The notes: generated from the letters alone by a model not told the origin. Positions 41,958 to 52,902 are shown, counted from the first letter of the stretch. The stretch is DNA of 61,044 bases from Cyanophyceae cyanobacterium (GCA_038321985.1 JBBQFN010000031.1:1-61044); one strand, 5' to 3'. Translations and numbers: made by a program.

Positions 41958-42915
41958 AGTGTCAGTGATTATTCCCGCTTATAATTCCATGACTTATCTG
42001 CCTGAAACCCTCAATAGTCTGCTGGCTCAAACCTATTCCGATTTTGAAGCGATTATCATTAATGATGGTAGTACCGATCGCACGGAAGAATGGGTTTCTC
42101 AACAGACCGACCCTCGCATTAAACTGATTTCTCAACTGAATCAAGGCTTGTCAGGGGCTAGAAATACCGGCATCGCCAACGCCACCGGAGATTATTTAGC
42201 CTTTTTAGATGCCGATGATTTATGGCATCCTACTAAACTGGAAAAACAGGTGGAATGTCTGGATCATCATCCGGATGTGGGCTTAGTTTATACTTGGGTG
42301 GCCCTAATTGATGAAAACAGTACACCCACCGGGAGATTATTTAAAAATTCTCATGAAGGTCAGGTTTGGGATGAGCTAATCCTGCAAAATATTGTAGAGA
42401 GTGGCAGTGTGGCAATGGTCCGTCGCCAGTGCTTTGAAACCTGTGGGGTATTTGACCGCAATTTACGCTCCTTTGTAGAAGATTGGGATATGTGGTTGCG
42501 AATTGCCTTACACTATCCCTTTAAAGCCATATCTGAACCCCTGGTTTATTACCGGCAACACCAAAAGAGTGCCTCACGCAACTGGGAAGCGATGGCCGAA
42601 AGTTATCGATTAGTCATTGAAAAAGCCTTTGCTACTGCCCCGGGCGATCGGCAATATCTCAAGGACTGTAGCTATGCCCGAGCAAACCTCTGTTTAGCCT
42701 GGAAACCCTTACAAAGCATTCAAAAAGATTATAAAAAAGCGAATTATTTTGCCATTCAAGCCCTTACCCATGACCCTCAAGTTCGGTTCTCCCGAGAGTA
42801 TCTGCGTCTGCGAATAGCCATCACCTTAATGGCTGGACTAGGACCAGAAAAGTATGAAAAATTTTTACGACTTTTTCATGCTCTGCGCCGTCGCGTCAAG
42901 CTGCAATTAAACTAA
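41950..42915 (+). CDS. Glycosyltransferase family 2
   Basis: VSVIIPAYN, INDGSTD, ARNTG, FLDADD, EDWDMWLR. Confidence 0.93.
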   Translation: MPKVSVIIPAYNSMTYLPETLNSLLAQTYSDFEAIIINDGSTDRTEEWVSQQTDPRIKLISQLNQGLSGARNTGIANATGDYLAFLDADDLWHPTKLEKQVECLDHHPDVGLVYTWVALIDENSTPTGRLFKNSHEGQVWDELILQNIVESGSVAMVRRQCFETCGVFDRNLRSFVEDWDMWLRIALHYPFKAISEPLVYYRQHQKSASRNWEAMAESYRLVIEKAFATAPGDRQYLKDCSYARANLCLAWKPLQSIQKDYKKANYFAIQALTHDPQVRFSREYLRLRIAITLMAGLGPEKYEKFLRLFHALRRRVKLQLN

Positions 42916-43070
42916 CCCAAAATCAGCCTTTCGTGATTTTCTATCCTGCGGTTATTCTCTTTTTAACAGCGGAGAAAAATTCATATAAAATTCATGAAAA
43001 ATTCACAAAAATGCGGTTAATTTTGGGAGAACATTAACCTTAATCAATCAAGAGATTCGGAAAATTGGGG

Positions 43071-44186
43071 ATGAAGCACAAAAGTCAAATTAGTTATTTT
43101 GTAATCACGCTGCTGGTGGCAAGTGTGATGAGCGCAACTCTCCTTTCAGGAAATAGTAACGGATGCGGTCCCGGTAGGTCCCGAAATAAACATAAGTGGC
43201 CCTTTTCCTGTGACAGCATTTGGAATACACCCATCGGGTCTCAAGCTGAATATATTCCAGCCAAAATCGGTCCATCACCCTGGGTTTCCGCAGAAGTAAA
43301 CTACTACATCGTCACCACCGATAGCGATCCCGTTGTTCCTTGGTATTTTCCCCTAAATTGGGGGCCGGGGCGTTGCGAACTGGGAGGGCAATTGCTGGAA
43401 GAAATTCACGTTCCCTACAATTTAATCGTACGCGATGCGACCGCAACCACAACGCCCAATAATGCTGCCGCCTTTTTAGCCCCTGATGGGCGAACTTTGA
43501 TTCAAATGAATCCTCTCACTCGGTGCGAAGCCGGTGGCCCAGTGTTTGGACATCCAACCCCGGCCCGAGAGGATATTTATGGGCCGGGAATCACCGGAGG
43601 ACAAGGGGGGTCGGGATTATCCAGTATTGGGGGGACGATTCGCCTAGGGGAACTTCACCCCGACGTGCCTCCCATTCGCCATGCCTTAAAGCTATTAATT
43701 TATGCCCATAAGTATCTCTATAACAATCCCCCGGGCTATCGATGGCCAGCTATTCGGGCTGATGCTTATGCTTTTAATCCCAATAGCGGTTCTCGGTATG
43801 GAGGCTCGAATCCCAATTTAGTCATGGGTGCGTTGCTTGCCATTCCCCCAGATGTTACCGCAGAAAGTCTCGGACTAAAAACCATTCCGGGGAAAAAATT
43901 GTTCGAGGCCCTTCAAGATTATGGGGGTTATATTGTAGACGATACCGCTATTGATACTCATACGATCGCCATCGAAAACGGTGTGAAAGAAGAATTTTTT
44001 TTGAACTATAGATATACATTCGGCGGCAACTCGGGGGATTTTTTAGAGGATGTAAATCAGTTATTTCAAGCCCTGGCGATCGTGAAAAATAATTCCCCCA
44101 GCAGCATCGGGGGTGGGGGAACCCCGCGTCGTCCGTTAGCCCCTCTTTTAGGGGAACCGACGATTTGCAGGGTTTGCAAATCCTAG
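43071..44186 (+). CDS. Hypothetical secreted protein inside the EPS cluster
   Basis: N-terminal hydrophobic signal; WPFSCDSIWNTPIG, GGQGGSGLSSIGGTIRLGEL, ALQDYGGYIVDD; no family recognised. Confidence 0.8.
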   Translation: MKHKSQISYFVITLLVASVMSATLLSGNSNGCGPGRSRNKHKWPFSCDSIWNTPIGSQAEYIPAKIGPSPWVSAEVNYYIVTTDSDPVVPWYFPLNWGPGRCELGGQLLEEIHVPYNLIVRDATATTTPNNAAAFLAPDGRTLIQMNPLTRCEAGGPVFGHPTPAREDIYGPGITGGQGGSGLSSIGGTIRLGELHPDVPPIRHALKLLIYAHKYLYNNPPGYRWPAIRADAYAFNPNSGSRYGGSNPNLVMGALLAIPPDVTAESLGLKTIPGKKLFEALQDYGGYIVDDTAIDTHTIAIENGVKEEFFLNYRYTFGGNSGDFLEDVNQLFQALAIVKNNSPSSIGGGGTPRRPLAPLLGEPTICRVCKS

Positions 44187-44267
44187 AATACTAAATTCTG
44201 ATTGTTCCGAGGTAAGTGGTCCCATATCAGTTGTCATCCATCTCTTAAAATCAAGTTAAAAAAAAGC

Positions 44268-45680
44268 GTGAATCAACAATCTTCGCAACAATTAAAACCT
44301 AATGTACCACCGACTATTGCCTTACTACACTGTTACGATGTGATCGATGACTTTTTAGACAGTCTCAATATTTCTTTTGACACATTTTGTCAGGACTTTG
44401 TGGGAAGTTGGATATTCGGCTATGTGGATGCTCTGAACCGAGTGGGAGTTCGCACGGTCCTGTTTTGCATTTCCCTTCGGGTAGATAAACCCTCTTACTT
44501 TATTCATCAGCCAACGGGGACTCGGATCTGCGTACTCCCACCCTGGCGGATTTATCGGGGTTATCGTACCGTGCGTCAGAAGTCCCTTCAGGCTTATGGT
44601 GCCGCCGAGGGGGAAAGTTTTAAAGATATTCAGGATAGCAACTCCCTCCGTCAAATCTTATTGAACCCCCTCAAAAATATGGCGAAAAGTGTGGGGAGTT
44701 ACCTGTCTACGCCCTTGGGATTGTTGGCTCAAGAATTGCGGAGGGAGAACTGCCAAGCAATTTTATGCCAAGAGTATGAGTATGCTCGGTTCGATAGTTC
44801 TGTATTGTTAGGGAAATGGATGGGTTTGCCGACTTTTGCGACCTTCCAGGGGGGCGATCGCACGGAAAGTTGGATTGAAGTCCCTGGACGATATCTCTCC
44901 CTGCATGGCTGTACGGGGGCGATCGTTGCCACTCAAACAGAAATTCAACGGATCCGAGATCGTTACCGCATTCCTCAATCCAAAATTGCCCAGATTTTCA
45001 ACCCGTTAGATGTGGGAGCATGGCAAGGAGGCGATCGCCCCCTTGCCCGAAAATCTTTGGGGATTCCCCTGGAAAGTGGGGTTGCAGTCTGGCATGGACG
45101 AGTCGAAATTGATCGCAAAGGGTTAGATGTGTTGTTAGCCGCGTGGCAGCAAGTCTGTGACGATCGTCCGGATCTGGATTTGCGTCTGATCATCCTAGGT
45201 ACGGGGAGTGATGCGAAAGCGTTTCAGCAACGGATAGACGGGATGTCCCTGCGGGGTGTCCTCTGGTTAAACCAATTTATCCGCGATCGGGCGGTGATAC
45301 AACAATATCTTTCCGCAGCAGATGTTTATGCTTTCCCCTCCCGACAAGAAGGCTTTCCCGTTGCTCCGATTGAGGCAATGTCTTGCGGACTTCCAGTGGT
45401 GGCGGCTAATGCTCAGGGGATTCCAGATATTTTGGAAGGGGGGGAAGAATCGGGCGGTATCATCGTGCCTCGGGGGGACGTTTCTGCATTTGCGATCGCC
45501 CTGGGACGATTGTTAGATAATCCAGCCTGGAGTCGAGAGCTAGGCGATCGCGCTCGCCATCGAGTAGAAGGTTGTTTTTCCCCGGACGTCATTGGTAAGC
45601 AACTGCGATCGGTTCTTCTCCCCGACTTCGTAATCCCCCCGGCTAGTCCAGCCATCAAAGTGGGACAAAACGGTAAATAA
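44268..45680 (+). CDS. Glycosyltransferase family 4
   Basis: WHGRVEIDRKGLDVLL, FPSRQEGFPVAPIEAMSCGLPVV. Start uncertain (GTG 44268 vs TTG 44202). Confidence 0.88.
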   Translation: MNQQSSQQLKPNVPPTIALLHCYDVIDDFLDSLNISFDTFCQDFVGSWIFGYVDALNRVGVRTVLFCISLRVDKPSYFIHQPTGTRICVLPPWRIYRGYRTVRQKSLQAYGAAEGESFKDIQDSNSLRQILLNPLKNMAKSVGSYLSTPLGLLAQELRRENCQAILCQEYEYARFDSSVLLGKWMGLPTFATFQGGDRTESWIEVPGRYLSLHGCTGAIVATQTEIQRIRDRYRIPQSKIAQIFNPLDVGAWQGGDRPLARKSLGIPLESGVAVWHGRVEIDRKGLDVLLAAWQQVCDDRPDLDLRLIILGTGSDAKAFQQRIDGMSLRGVLWLNQFIRDRAVIQQYLSAADVYAFPSRQEGFPVAPIEAMSCGLPVVAANAQGIPDILEGGEESGGIIVPRGDVSAFAIALGRLLDNPAWSRELGDRARHRVEGCFSPDVIGKQLRSVLLPDFVIPPASPAIKVGQNGK

Positions 45681-45822
45681 TCTATCTTGTTCTAACGGAG
45701 CATTTTTCTAGGCTACGCCCAGGAAACACCGTTATCAATCCCTAGTTACCTGGGTAATTCTTCGCTGTTTTTTCACCGAAAATACGTCAATTTTTAAATA
45801 TTCTCAACTGGGAGGTTAACTG

Positions 45823-46806
45823 ATGCCTAAAATTTCTATTATTATCCCCGCGTACAATGCCGAAGCAACGATTCTCGAAACCATCGATTCGGTTTTAAAT
45901 CAAACCTTTGCAGATTTTGAATTGTTGGTGATCAATGATGGATCGCAGGATAATACTAAAACGGTAGTGGAGACCATTTCCGATTCCCGGGTCCAGGTTA
46001 TAACCTATCCTAACGTCGGAGTTTGTGGAACTCGAAATCGGGGAATTGCCCTAGCAAAAGGAGAATTAATTGCGTTTCTTGATGCCGATGATTTATGGAC
46101 TTCAGATAAATTAGAGAAACAATATGCTGCCCTCCAGGAACATCCAGAAGCAGGGATTGCTTATAGTTGGACTTGTTTTATGGATGTAACCGATAGTGAG
46201 ACTCCTCACACCTTTCTTCCTTCCCTGGAATATGAATGGAGGGGAAACGTTTATAAAAATTTATTAGTTCAGGATTTTATTCATAGCGGATCTAATACCT
46301 TAATTCGGCGAGAAGCCATCGCATCCGTGGGCGGATTTGATAGTACCTGTGCCGGTTGTGCAGATTGGGACTATTGGCTCAGATTGGCAGTAAAGTGGCC
46401 CTTTGTTGTCGTTCCTCAATATCAAATTTTTTATCGTCGGATGGCTGGATCGATGTCCTCCAAGGTTGAAGTTATGGAACGAGAAGCCTTAATTGCAATG
46501 GAAAAAGCCTATAAAGCGGCACCGCCAGAATTGCAATACCTCAAAACTCAGACCTTCACAAATTTTCATAAATATTGTGCTGAGCTCTATTTACAACGCA
46601 GTCAAGATATTGATGCGGTTGTGAAAGCACAACAACACCTGCAATCCGCGATCGCGCTACAACCCCAATTGATTGGCGATCGGACTTTCCAAAAAATATT
46701 GGTAAAATTTCTGATTAAAAAGCTGTTGCCTAAACCCGTGGGTAATTATCTTTTTCACTCGATACGAAAACGCTTTTCTATGTCCGATCCCCGCTTGCAG
46801 CCTTGA
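45823..46806 (+). CDS. Glycosyltransferase family 2 (homologue of 53583-54575)
   Basis: ISIIIPAYN, INDGSQD, FLDADD, ADWDYWLR. Confidence 0.93.
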   Translation: MPKISIIIPAYNAEATILETIDSVLNQTFADFELLVINDGSQDNTKTVVETISDSRVQVITYPNVGVCGTRNRGIALAKGELIAFLDADDLWTSDKLEKQYAALQEHPEAGIAYSWTCFMDVTDSETPHTFLPSLEYEWRGNVYKNLLVQDFIHSGSNTLIRREAIASVGGFDSTCAGCADWDYWLRLAVKWPFVVVPQYQIFYRRMAGSMSSKVEVMEREALIAMEKAYKAAPPELQYLKTQTFTNFHKYCAELYLQRSQDIDAVVKAQQHLQSAIALQPQLIGDRTFQKILVKFLIKKLLPKPVGNYLFHSIRKRFSMSDPRLQP

Positions 46807-46875
46807 AATTTCTCGTACAGGGTGATTCTGTAGCTGCTCCTTAATTCAAAAAATACCCCGGGAATTAACTGACTT

Positions 46876-48150
46876 ATGTTGATTGAGAAAATCAAAAATA
46901 TATTTTCCGGCGACTTTATTCGCAATGTCGGTTGGGTGGGTGGAGCAGAATTGTGCAATCGCATCTTTCGATTAGCCACCACGGTTACACTCGCACGCAC
47001 TTTTAGCCCAGAAGACTATGGACTCATGGCTATTGTTTATACTGTGGTGGAATTTGCTAATGTATTTACCCTGCGCCAAGGGATTGGGGCCAAAATTATT
47101 CAAGCCAAGCAAAAAGATATCGAAGTTCTCAGTAATACATCCTACTGGTTAAACTGGATGTTATGTGTTTTAATTTTTTTGTTTCAAGCAGCCGGAGCTT
47201 TCCTTATTTCCAATCTCTACCATAATGACCGTTTAATTTTGCCGATTACAACCGCAGGGTTGATGTATTTAATGATGCCCTTTTACTTAGTTAATTCTGC
47301 TTTAATTCAAAGAAAAAATCAATTAAAGGTTATTGCTTTATGCAATGTTATTCAATCGTTGTTTGCTAATATAATCACAGTTGTTTTGGCTTTAATCGGG
47401 TGGGGTGTATGGGCAATTGTATGGCCGATGGTTCTAACCACTCCGGTCTGGATTATCATCACCTGGAAATATCAAAAATGGCGTCCCCCTAACTCCTTTA
47501 CCTTAGCCCGGTGGCAAGAAATCACCTCCTTTGGAGGAAACCTCCTCGGGGTTGAACTCTTGGGAAAAATCAGGGGAAACCTAGATTATTTGATTATTGG
47601 ACACTTCCTGGGTATTGATGCCTTGGGTATGTATTATTTTGCCTTTAATGCAGGACTGGGAATTAGTCTCAATGTGATTAATGCTTTTAATTCAGCTCTT
47701 TTTCCTTATTTTTGTGAAGTGCAAACTCAACTTACCCGACTCAAGGAGCGTTTTTGGAGTAGTTTGAAAAAGACTTACATCATTATTGGACCCTTGATTG
47801 CCTTACAATGTGGGTTAGCACCGCTCTATGTCCCTATAATTTTTGGTGAAAAATGGCAACCTGCTATCCCAATTTTAATCTTGATCTGTTTATCTGCTCT
47901 CGCCATTCCTTTAGGAAGCAGTTCCTCTTATTTAGTTAATGCAGTTGGTAAACCTCATATTACCTTGTACTGGAGCCTGGTGTCTACGGGCCTTTTTGCT
48001 CTATTTATCACAATTGCTGTTCAGGGGGGAATCCTGTGGGTTGCTGCTGCGGTATTATTTTATCAGATGATAACCGTTCCTGCCTTCAGCGCCTGGTGTT
48101 TTTATTATGTTTTTGAAGTTAAATCCCAAAAAATAGCCTCTAAACCCTGA
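46876..48150 (+). CDS. wzx: Wzx-type polysaccharide flippase (homologue of 54634-55893)
   Basis: Multi-TM; LARTFSPEDYGL, LDYLIIGHFLG, IFGEKW. Confidence 0.88.
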   Translation: MLIEKIKNIFSGDFIRNVGWVGGAELCNRIFRLATTVTLARTFSPEDYGLMAIVYTVVEFANVFTLRQGIGAKIIQAKQKDIEVLSNTSYWLNWMLCVLIFLFQAAGAFLISNLYHNDRLILPITTAGLMYLMMPFYLVNSALIQRKNQLKVIALCNVIQSLFANIITVVLALIGWGVWAIVWPMVLTTPVWIIITWKYQKWRPPNSFTLARWQEITSFGGNLLGVELLGKIRGNLDYLIIGHFLGIDALGMYYFAFNAGLGISLNVINAFNSALFPYFCEVQTQLTRLKERFWSSLKKTYIIIGPLIALQCGLAPLYVPIIFGEKWQPAIPILILICLSALAIPLGSSSSYLVNAVGKPHITLYWSLVSTGLFALFITIAVQGGILWVAAAVLFYQMITVPAFSAWCFYYVFEVKSQKIASKP

Positions 48151-48253
48151 GTTGAGAGCTTAATTGGCTCACCCATCTCTCCGGGATATAATCTGAAGTC
48201 TCTCTATCTTTTGATTCATTTTTTCAGCTATTCTAGTATAAAGGAGCAAACCC

Positions 48254-49273
48254 ATGAAAGTATTAGTCGCAGGTTGGTTTAGTTTTGAAAAATGCAACGT
48301 AACAGCGGGTGATTTAATGGCCCGTGATCTCGCGTGTGAATGGGTGGAAAAAGCGGGGTATTCTTATGATGTGGCTCTGGCGTTGCCCTTTTCGGGGGGA
48401 GTGGATTGGCGGTTAGTCGATCCGACTAATTATTCTCATGTAATCTTTGTGTGTGGACCCTTCCCTTATCTTAAAATTGGATTAGAATTTTTACAACATT
48501 TCCATCAATGTCGCCTTATTGGTCTTGACCTTTCTATGCTGGAACCGATTGATATTTGGAATCCCTTTGATGTTTTGATTGAAAGAGATAGTTCGGCGGA
48601 TTCTCATCCAGATATTACCTTTTTATCAACTCAACCTAAAGTTCCGGTAGTTGGTATTATTTTGGTTCATCCCCAAGCGGAATATAAAGAAAAAGGCAAA
48701 CAGGACCTGGCAAATGAGGCAATAGCTCGACTGATTAATTCCCGAGGAATGGTTGCTATACCCATTGATACGGGTTTGGATCCTAATACAACCAATCTGC
48801 GATCGGCGGCTGAAATAGAGTCAGCGATCGCCCGGATGGACCTCGTGCTTACTACCCGTCTACATGGGATGGTTTTAGCCCTTAAAAATGGAGTTCCCGT
48901 GGTGGCAATTGATGCAATTTCCGGAGGGGCCAAAGTGACTCGCCAAGCTGAAACGATTGGGTGGGATACTGTCTTTTCTATTGATACTTTAAGCGATGAA
49001 ACCTTGGTCAAAGCTTTTGAATATGCTCAAACAAAGGAAGCTCAAGCTAAGGCTAAAGAATGTCAAATTCGCGCCCGAGCATCCGTAGAGAAAGTTCGGG
49101 ATAGGTTTATTGAGGCAATCAATATAGAGAATACCTCTAGCAGTCGGGTTTGGCAAGAAGAAAAAATTGACAAATCTTTACTCATCGAACCCCCACGGCC
49201 CACCCTTACACAACGAGTTATTAATAAAGCCCAGCGCATCAAGAATAAAACTCTGAAACTTATCCAACATTAG
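48254..49273 (+). CDS. Polysaccharide pyruvyl transferase family protein
   Basis: AGWFSF...TAGD N-terminus, HPDITF, VLTTRLHGMVLALKNGVPVVAI. Confidence 0.8.
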   Translation: MKVLVAGWFSFEKCNVTAGDLMARDLACEWVEKAGYSYDVALALPFSGGVDWRLVDPTNYSHVIFVCGPFPYLKIGLEFLQHFHQCRLIGLDLSMLEPIDIWNPFDVLIERDSSADSHPDITFLSTQPKVPVVGIILVHPQAEYKEKGKQDLANEAIARLINSRGMVAIPIDTGLDPNTTNLRSAAEIESAIARMDLVLTTRLHGMVLALKNGVPVVAIDAISGGAKVTRQAETIGWDTVFSIDTLSDETLVKAFEYAQTKEAQAKAKECQIRARASVEKVRDRFIEAINIENTSSSRVWQEEKIDKSLLIEPPRPTLTQRVINKAQRIKNKTLKLIQH

Positions 49274-49350
49274 GGATATTAACGAATTCATCGGGTGTTC
49301 CCTCTAAATCATAGATTTCCGACTTCATCCTCAAACCCAATCTTAACTTT

Positions 49351-50295
49351 ATGTCTCCCACTATTTCCATTGTCATTCCGGCTTATAATGCTGCTGCCAC
49401 TATCTTGCCAACCCTAGATTCAGTGTTTCAGCAAACCTTTAGGGATTTTGAAGTTTTAGTTATTAATGACGGCTCGACGGACCAAACCTTAGAACTCTTG
49501 CAAACGATTGAAGATACACGCTTGCAGACTTTTAATTATGAAAATGGAGGTCTCCCGGTTGCGAGAAATCGGGGGATTTCTCATGCTAGAGGAGAATTTA
49601 TTGCATTCTTGGATGCCGATGATTTCTGGAGTGTTGATAAACTGGAATTACAATTGGCTGCGCTGCAAGCGCATCCTGAAGCTGGAGTAGCCTATAGCTG
49701 GAATTATTATCAGTATGACCGCTCAGAAAAGTCTTATGCTGAAACATCCAACTCATTCCAAGGGGATGTTTATGCCGATCTATTGATTAAGAATTTTATT
49801 CAGAATGGTTCTAACCCGTTAATTCGCAAGGAGGCGATCGCCTCCGTCGGGCTTTTTGATTCTACCCTAAAATCCTGCGAAGATTGGGAGTATTATTTGC
49901 GTCTAGCCAAACAGTGGCATTTTGTCTTGGTTCCTAAAGCTCAAGTATTTTATAGACAATCTTCTACCTCCATGACTTCCAAAATTGAGGTGATGGAAAC
50001 CTATCTCTTTTTAGTTATAGAACGGGCTTTTAAATCAGCACCCCCCGAATTACAACACCTTAAACCTCTGAGTTTATCTTGGGTTTATCAATACATTGCT
50101 GAACATTACTTGAAGAGCCGGACTGCGACAGTTAAACAGTTGTCTGTAGTTGCCCATAATTTGTATAAATCAATTTATTTGCATCCCCCCCACTTATTAA
50201 ATGACTACACTCAAGGTTTAATCCGAATGTTTTTGAAGCAATTATTTTTGCGTCTGGCTAACAAGAAAACCCTGTCTCAAGTCCAAAAAATATGA
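49351..50295 (+). CDS. Glycosyltransferase family 2 (homologue of 55949-56890)
   Basis: ISIVIPAYN, INDGSTD, FLDADD, CEDWEYYLR. Confidence 0.93.
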   Translation: MSPTISIVIPAYNAAATILPTLDSVFQQTFRDFEVLVINDGSTDQTLELLQTIEDTRLQTFNYENGGLPVARNRGISHARGEFIAFLDADDFWSVDKLELQLAALQAHPEAGVAYSWNYYQYDRSEKSYAETSNSFQGDVYADLLIKNFIQNGSNPLIRKEAIASVGLFDSTLKSCEDWEYYLRLAKQWHFVLVPKAQVFYRQSSTSMTSKIEVMETYLFLVIERAFKSAPPELQHLKPLSLSWVYQYIAEHYLKSRTATVKQLSVVAHNLYKSIYLHPPHLLNDYTQGLIRMFLKQLFLRLANKKTLSQVQKI

Positions 50296-50349
50296 AGGAA
50301 GAAAATCAAAAAATTTCAGTAAATTTAACTTGAATTAAATTGAAGATTT

Positions 50350-51282
50350 ATGACAAAAATATCAATTATTGTTCCCGCTTACAATGCAGAAAAAACCATC
50401 ATCGAGACTTGGATATCCATTCAAAATCAAACCTGTTTTGATTGGGAATTGATTGCCGTTGATGATGGTTCAACAGATAATACTTTGACCGTTCTCCAGA
50501 CTATTGATGACCCGCGATTGAAAGTATTTTCCTATCCCAATGGCGGGGTTTCTACTGCCCGTAATCGAGGTCTGGCTGAGGCGACGGGAGACTATATCGC
50601 ATTTATAGATGCCGATGACTTATGGACTCCAGATAAATTAGAGTTACAATTAGCCGCACTGGAAAGTAACCCCCAGGCTGGGGTTGCTTATAGTTGGGTG
50701 ATTTTTTTCAACTCCGAACGAAACACGAAATTTCTCGGCACTCCTACTTTTTTTGAGGGGAATGTTTATCCTTCCTTATTATTAAATAACTTTTTATCGA
50801 ATGGCTCAAACCCGTTAGTTTCCCGAGCAGCAATTAAATCTGTGGGAGAGTTTGACCCAACTTTTCCCCATTGTGCCGATTGGGACTATTATCTCCGCCT
50901 TGCCGCGCAATGGCCTTTTGTTGTAGTGCCTCAGCATCAAATTCTTTATCGTCAATCTGCTGGTTCAATGACCTCAAAAATTGAGAGCATCGAACATCAA
51001 CTGTTAACGATGTTCGATAAACAGTTTACGACTATTGCTCCCAAGGAATGCCAACCGCTTAAACCTCAAAGTTTAGCCTGGATTTATGAATATTGTACTC
51101 AACAATATTTAGAATATGGCAGCGATCGCCGGGACATCGAATTGGCAAGGCAGAAACTGTGGCAAGCGATTCGCCTGCATCCTCCGATCATATTTGAGGA
51201 ATATGGCCGATCGCTGCTTCGATGGTGGATTAAACGGTGGGTTCTCACTCGATTTTCCCCCCGCATCAAACCCTCCGCCTAG
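50350..51282 (+). CDS. Glycosyltransferase family 2 (homologue of 56957-57889)
   Basis: ISIIVPAYN, VDDGSTD, FIDADD, CADWDYYLR. Confidence 0.93.
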   Translation: MTKISIIVPAYNAEKTIIETWISIQNQTCFDWELIAVDDGSTDNTLTVLQTIDDPRLKVFSYPNGGVSTARNRGLAEATGDYIAFIDADDLWTPDKLELQLAALESNPQAGVAYSWVIFFNSERNTKFLGTPTFFEGNVYPSLLLNNFLSNGSNPLVSRAAIKSVGEFDPTFPHCADWDYYLRLAAQWPFVVVPQHQILYRQSAGSMTSKIESIEHQLLTMFDKQFTTIAPKECQPLKPQSLAWIYEYCTQQYLEYGSDRRDIELARQKLWQAIRLHPPIIFEEYGRSLLRWWIKRWVLTRFSPRIKPSA

Positions 51283-51315
51283 GCGGATCATAACCGGCGA
51301 TCGCCTCTCATCCTT

Positions 51316-51548
51316 TTAAAAATTCACGGTGGCACAGATGAAGACGATCGCACTTTCCCATTGCACAGTTTGATGGAGGAGATGGCGCTGGAATGCCTCC
51401 GCTACTGCCTGAACTTCGGTGATAGAAAGCATCTGTGCCAGTCTGTCTCCATAGCTAGATTTTTCTGACTTCGAGGGAGTAAACCAGCGATCCAGCATGG
51501 CAGCGGTGATATATAATTCCTGTTGCGATCGATTTAGTTGCAATGTTA
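51316..51548 (-). pseudogene. rarA: 3' fragment of rarA, truncated by the IS630 element
   Basis: Encodes [22 protein letters not shown]...[14 protein letters not shown], nearly the same as the C-terminus of 57923-60154; homology stops at the TTA next to the IS end. Confidence 0.93.
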
Positions 51549-51806
51549 TACACAATCCGGTTGCTTCAGGTCTGTTATAATTTCTGAAAAAATCGATAAA
51601 AAATAGCCATGCCAAAAAAAGTCGAATTAGAGCCTCATTTAAGTTATTCGGACCTAAAAGCGCGATACCGCGCCTCTTGTGACCCCTTAGAAGCACGACG
51701 TTGGCATCTACTTTGGAAAGTCGCCTCGGGGTGGAGAGTGAAGGATGCTGCATCGGTTGTAGGTCTAAATTATGACTATGCCCGCCGAATTATCAAGAAA
51801 TATAAT

Positions 51807-51884
51807 AGACCTCTTGCAAAATTCTAAAAAGCCCCCTTAATCAGGGGGGTTGGGGGGATCAATCCTTTTTTTTGCAAGAGGTCT
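51807..51884. mobile_element. 78-bp MITE nested in the IS630 transposase
   Basis: 15-bp perfect TIRs AGACCTCTTGCAAAA / TTTTGCAAGAGGTCT, AAT duplicated on both sides; removal restores ..KKYNEIGID.. Confidence 0.9.
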
Positions 51885-51980
51885 AATGAAATAGGCATAG
51901 ATTCTGTTACAAATCATCGCCATAAAACTCCAAAAAATCATTAAGGAGGTAAAGAATCTATATTAAATCCCCAACAACTA

Positions 51981-52082
51981 TAGCAATCCTAAATCAGTTG
52001 TGGAATGGACCCTCACCCCCAACCCCTCTCCCAGAACGGGAGAGGGGAGAAGACAGATGTTATAAATCATTTAGGAATGCTA
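51981..52082. mobile_element. 102-bp MITE nested in the IS630 transposase
   Basis: TIRs TAGCAATCCTAAAT / ATTTAGGAATGCTA (1 mismatch), TA duplication, internal CCCCTCTCCC/GGGAGAGGGG hairpin; removal restores ..PQQLEKLKE.. Confidence 0.9.
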
Positions 52083-52902
52083 TAGAGAAATTAAAAGAAG
52101 ATTTAAAAAAGAAACCTGTAGATGCGGGAGTCTGGACTGGACCTAAAGTGGCTCAATGGATGGAACAAGAAACCGGACGTAGTAAAATCTATGATGCTAG
52201 AGGATGGGACTACTTAAAAAAGTTAAAATACTCATGGCAAAGACCCAGACTTAAACATAAAAAAATTGTCCGGTTGAGTAACAAAAATTCAAGCAAAATC
52301 TCCATAAAAAAGTTAAAACTCTTCAAGAAGAAAATCCCAAGACTGAAGTAGAAGTTTGGTTTTTTGATGAACATCGCGTTGGGTTAAAACCCATTCTTGT
52401 TAAACTCTGCTCTCCAGCCAAAGAAAGACCTTTAGCCATTGTTTATCATAGATATGAATGGTTGTACGTTTATGGATTTGTCAATCCAAAAACTGGAGCC
52501 ACCCACTATTATTTAATCCCTCGAGTTAACGTTCAGTGGCTGAATTTAGTTTTTGAGACTTTTGCCAAAAAAGTTGGAGCGGTCGAAGAGAAAATAATTT
52601 TAATTATTGAGGATAACGCCGGATGGCATAGAAGCCATAAAGTCCGTCTACCTCCGGGAATAAAAGTTGAACCTCTTCCACCTTATTCTCCCGAGTTACA
52701 ACCAGCAGAGCGGTTATGGAAATTGGTGGATGAGCCATTAGTCAATACTTATTTTGAAAATTTAGATGACCTAGAAAAAGTCTTAGTTGAACGCTGCCTT
52801 TTTCTCCAAGAAAATATGCAGACAGAAATCAGGGCTTTGACCAATTATCATTGGTTGACCTATTAAGAATTTGTTATCGACTTTTACCAACCGGATTGCG
52901 TA

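Larger units (their letters stand above)
51609..52866 (+). pseudogene. IS630 transposase pseudogene
   Basis: ORF pieces 51609-51827, 51998-52351, 52462-52866; TAA at 51942; frame change at the A8 run near 52259. Confidence 0.88.
51549..52902 (+). mobile_element. IS630-family insertion sequence, inactivated
   Basis: TIRs TACACAATCCGGTTG / CAACCGGATTGCGTA; transposase pieces (HTH at 51609; WTGPKVAQW; WFFDEHRVG; DNAGWH; LPPYSPELQPAERLW) broken by two MITEs, stops and a frameshift. Confidence 0.92.

Noticed and set aside
51316..51753. 145-aa ORF as a real fusion gene
   Set aside because: Its N-terminal part is the antisense of the IS end; only the rarA-derived part is protein-like.
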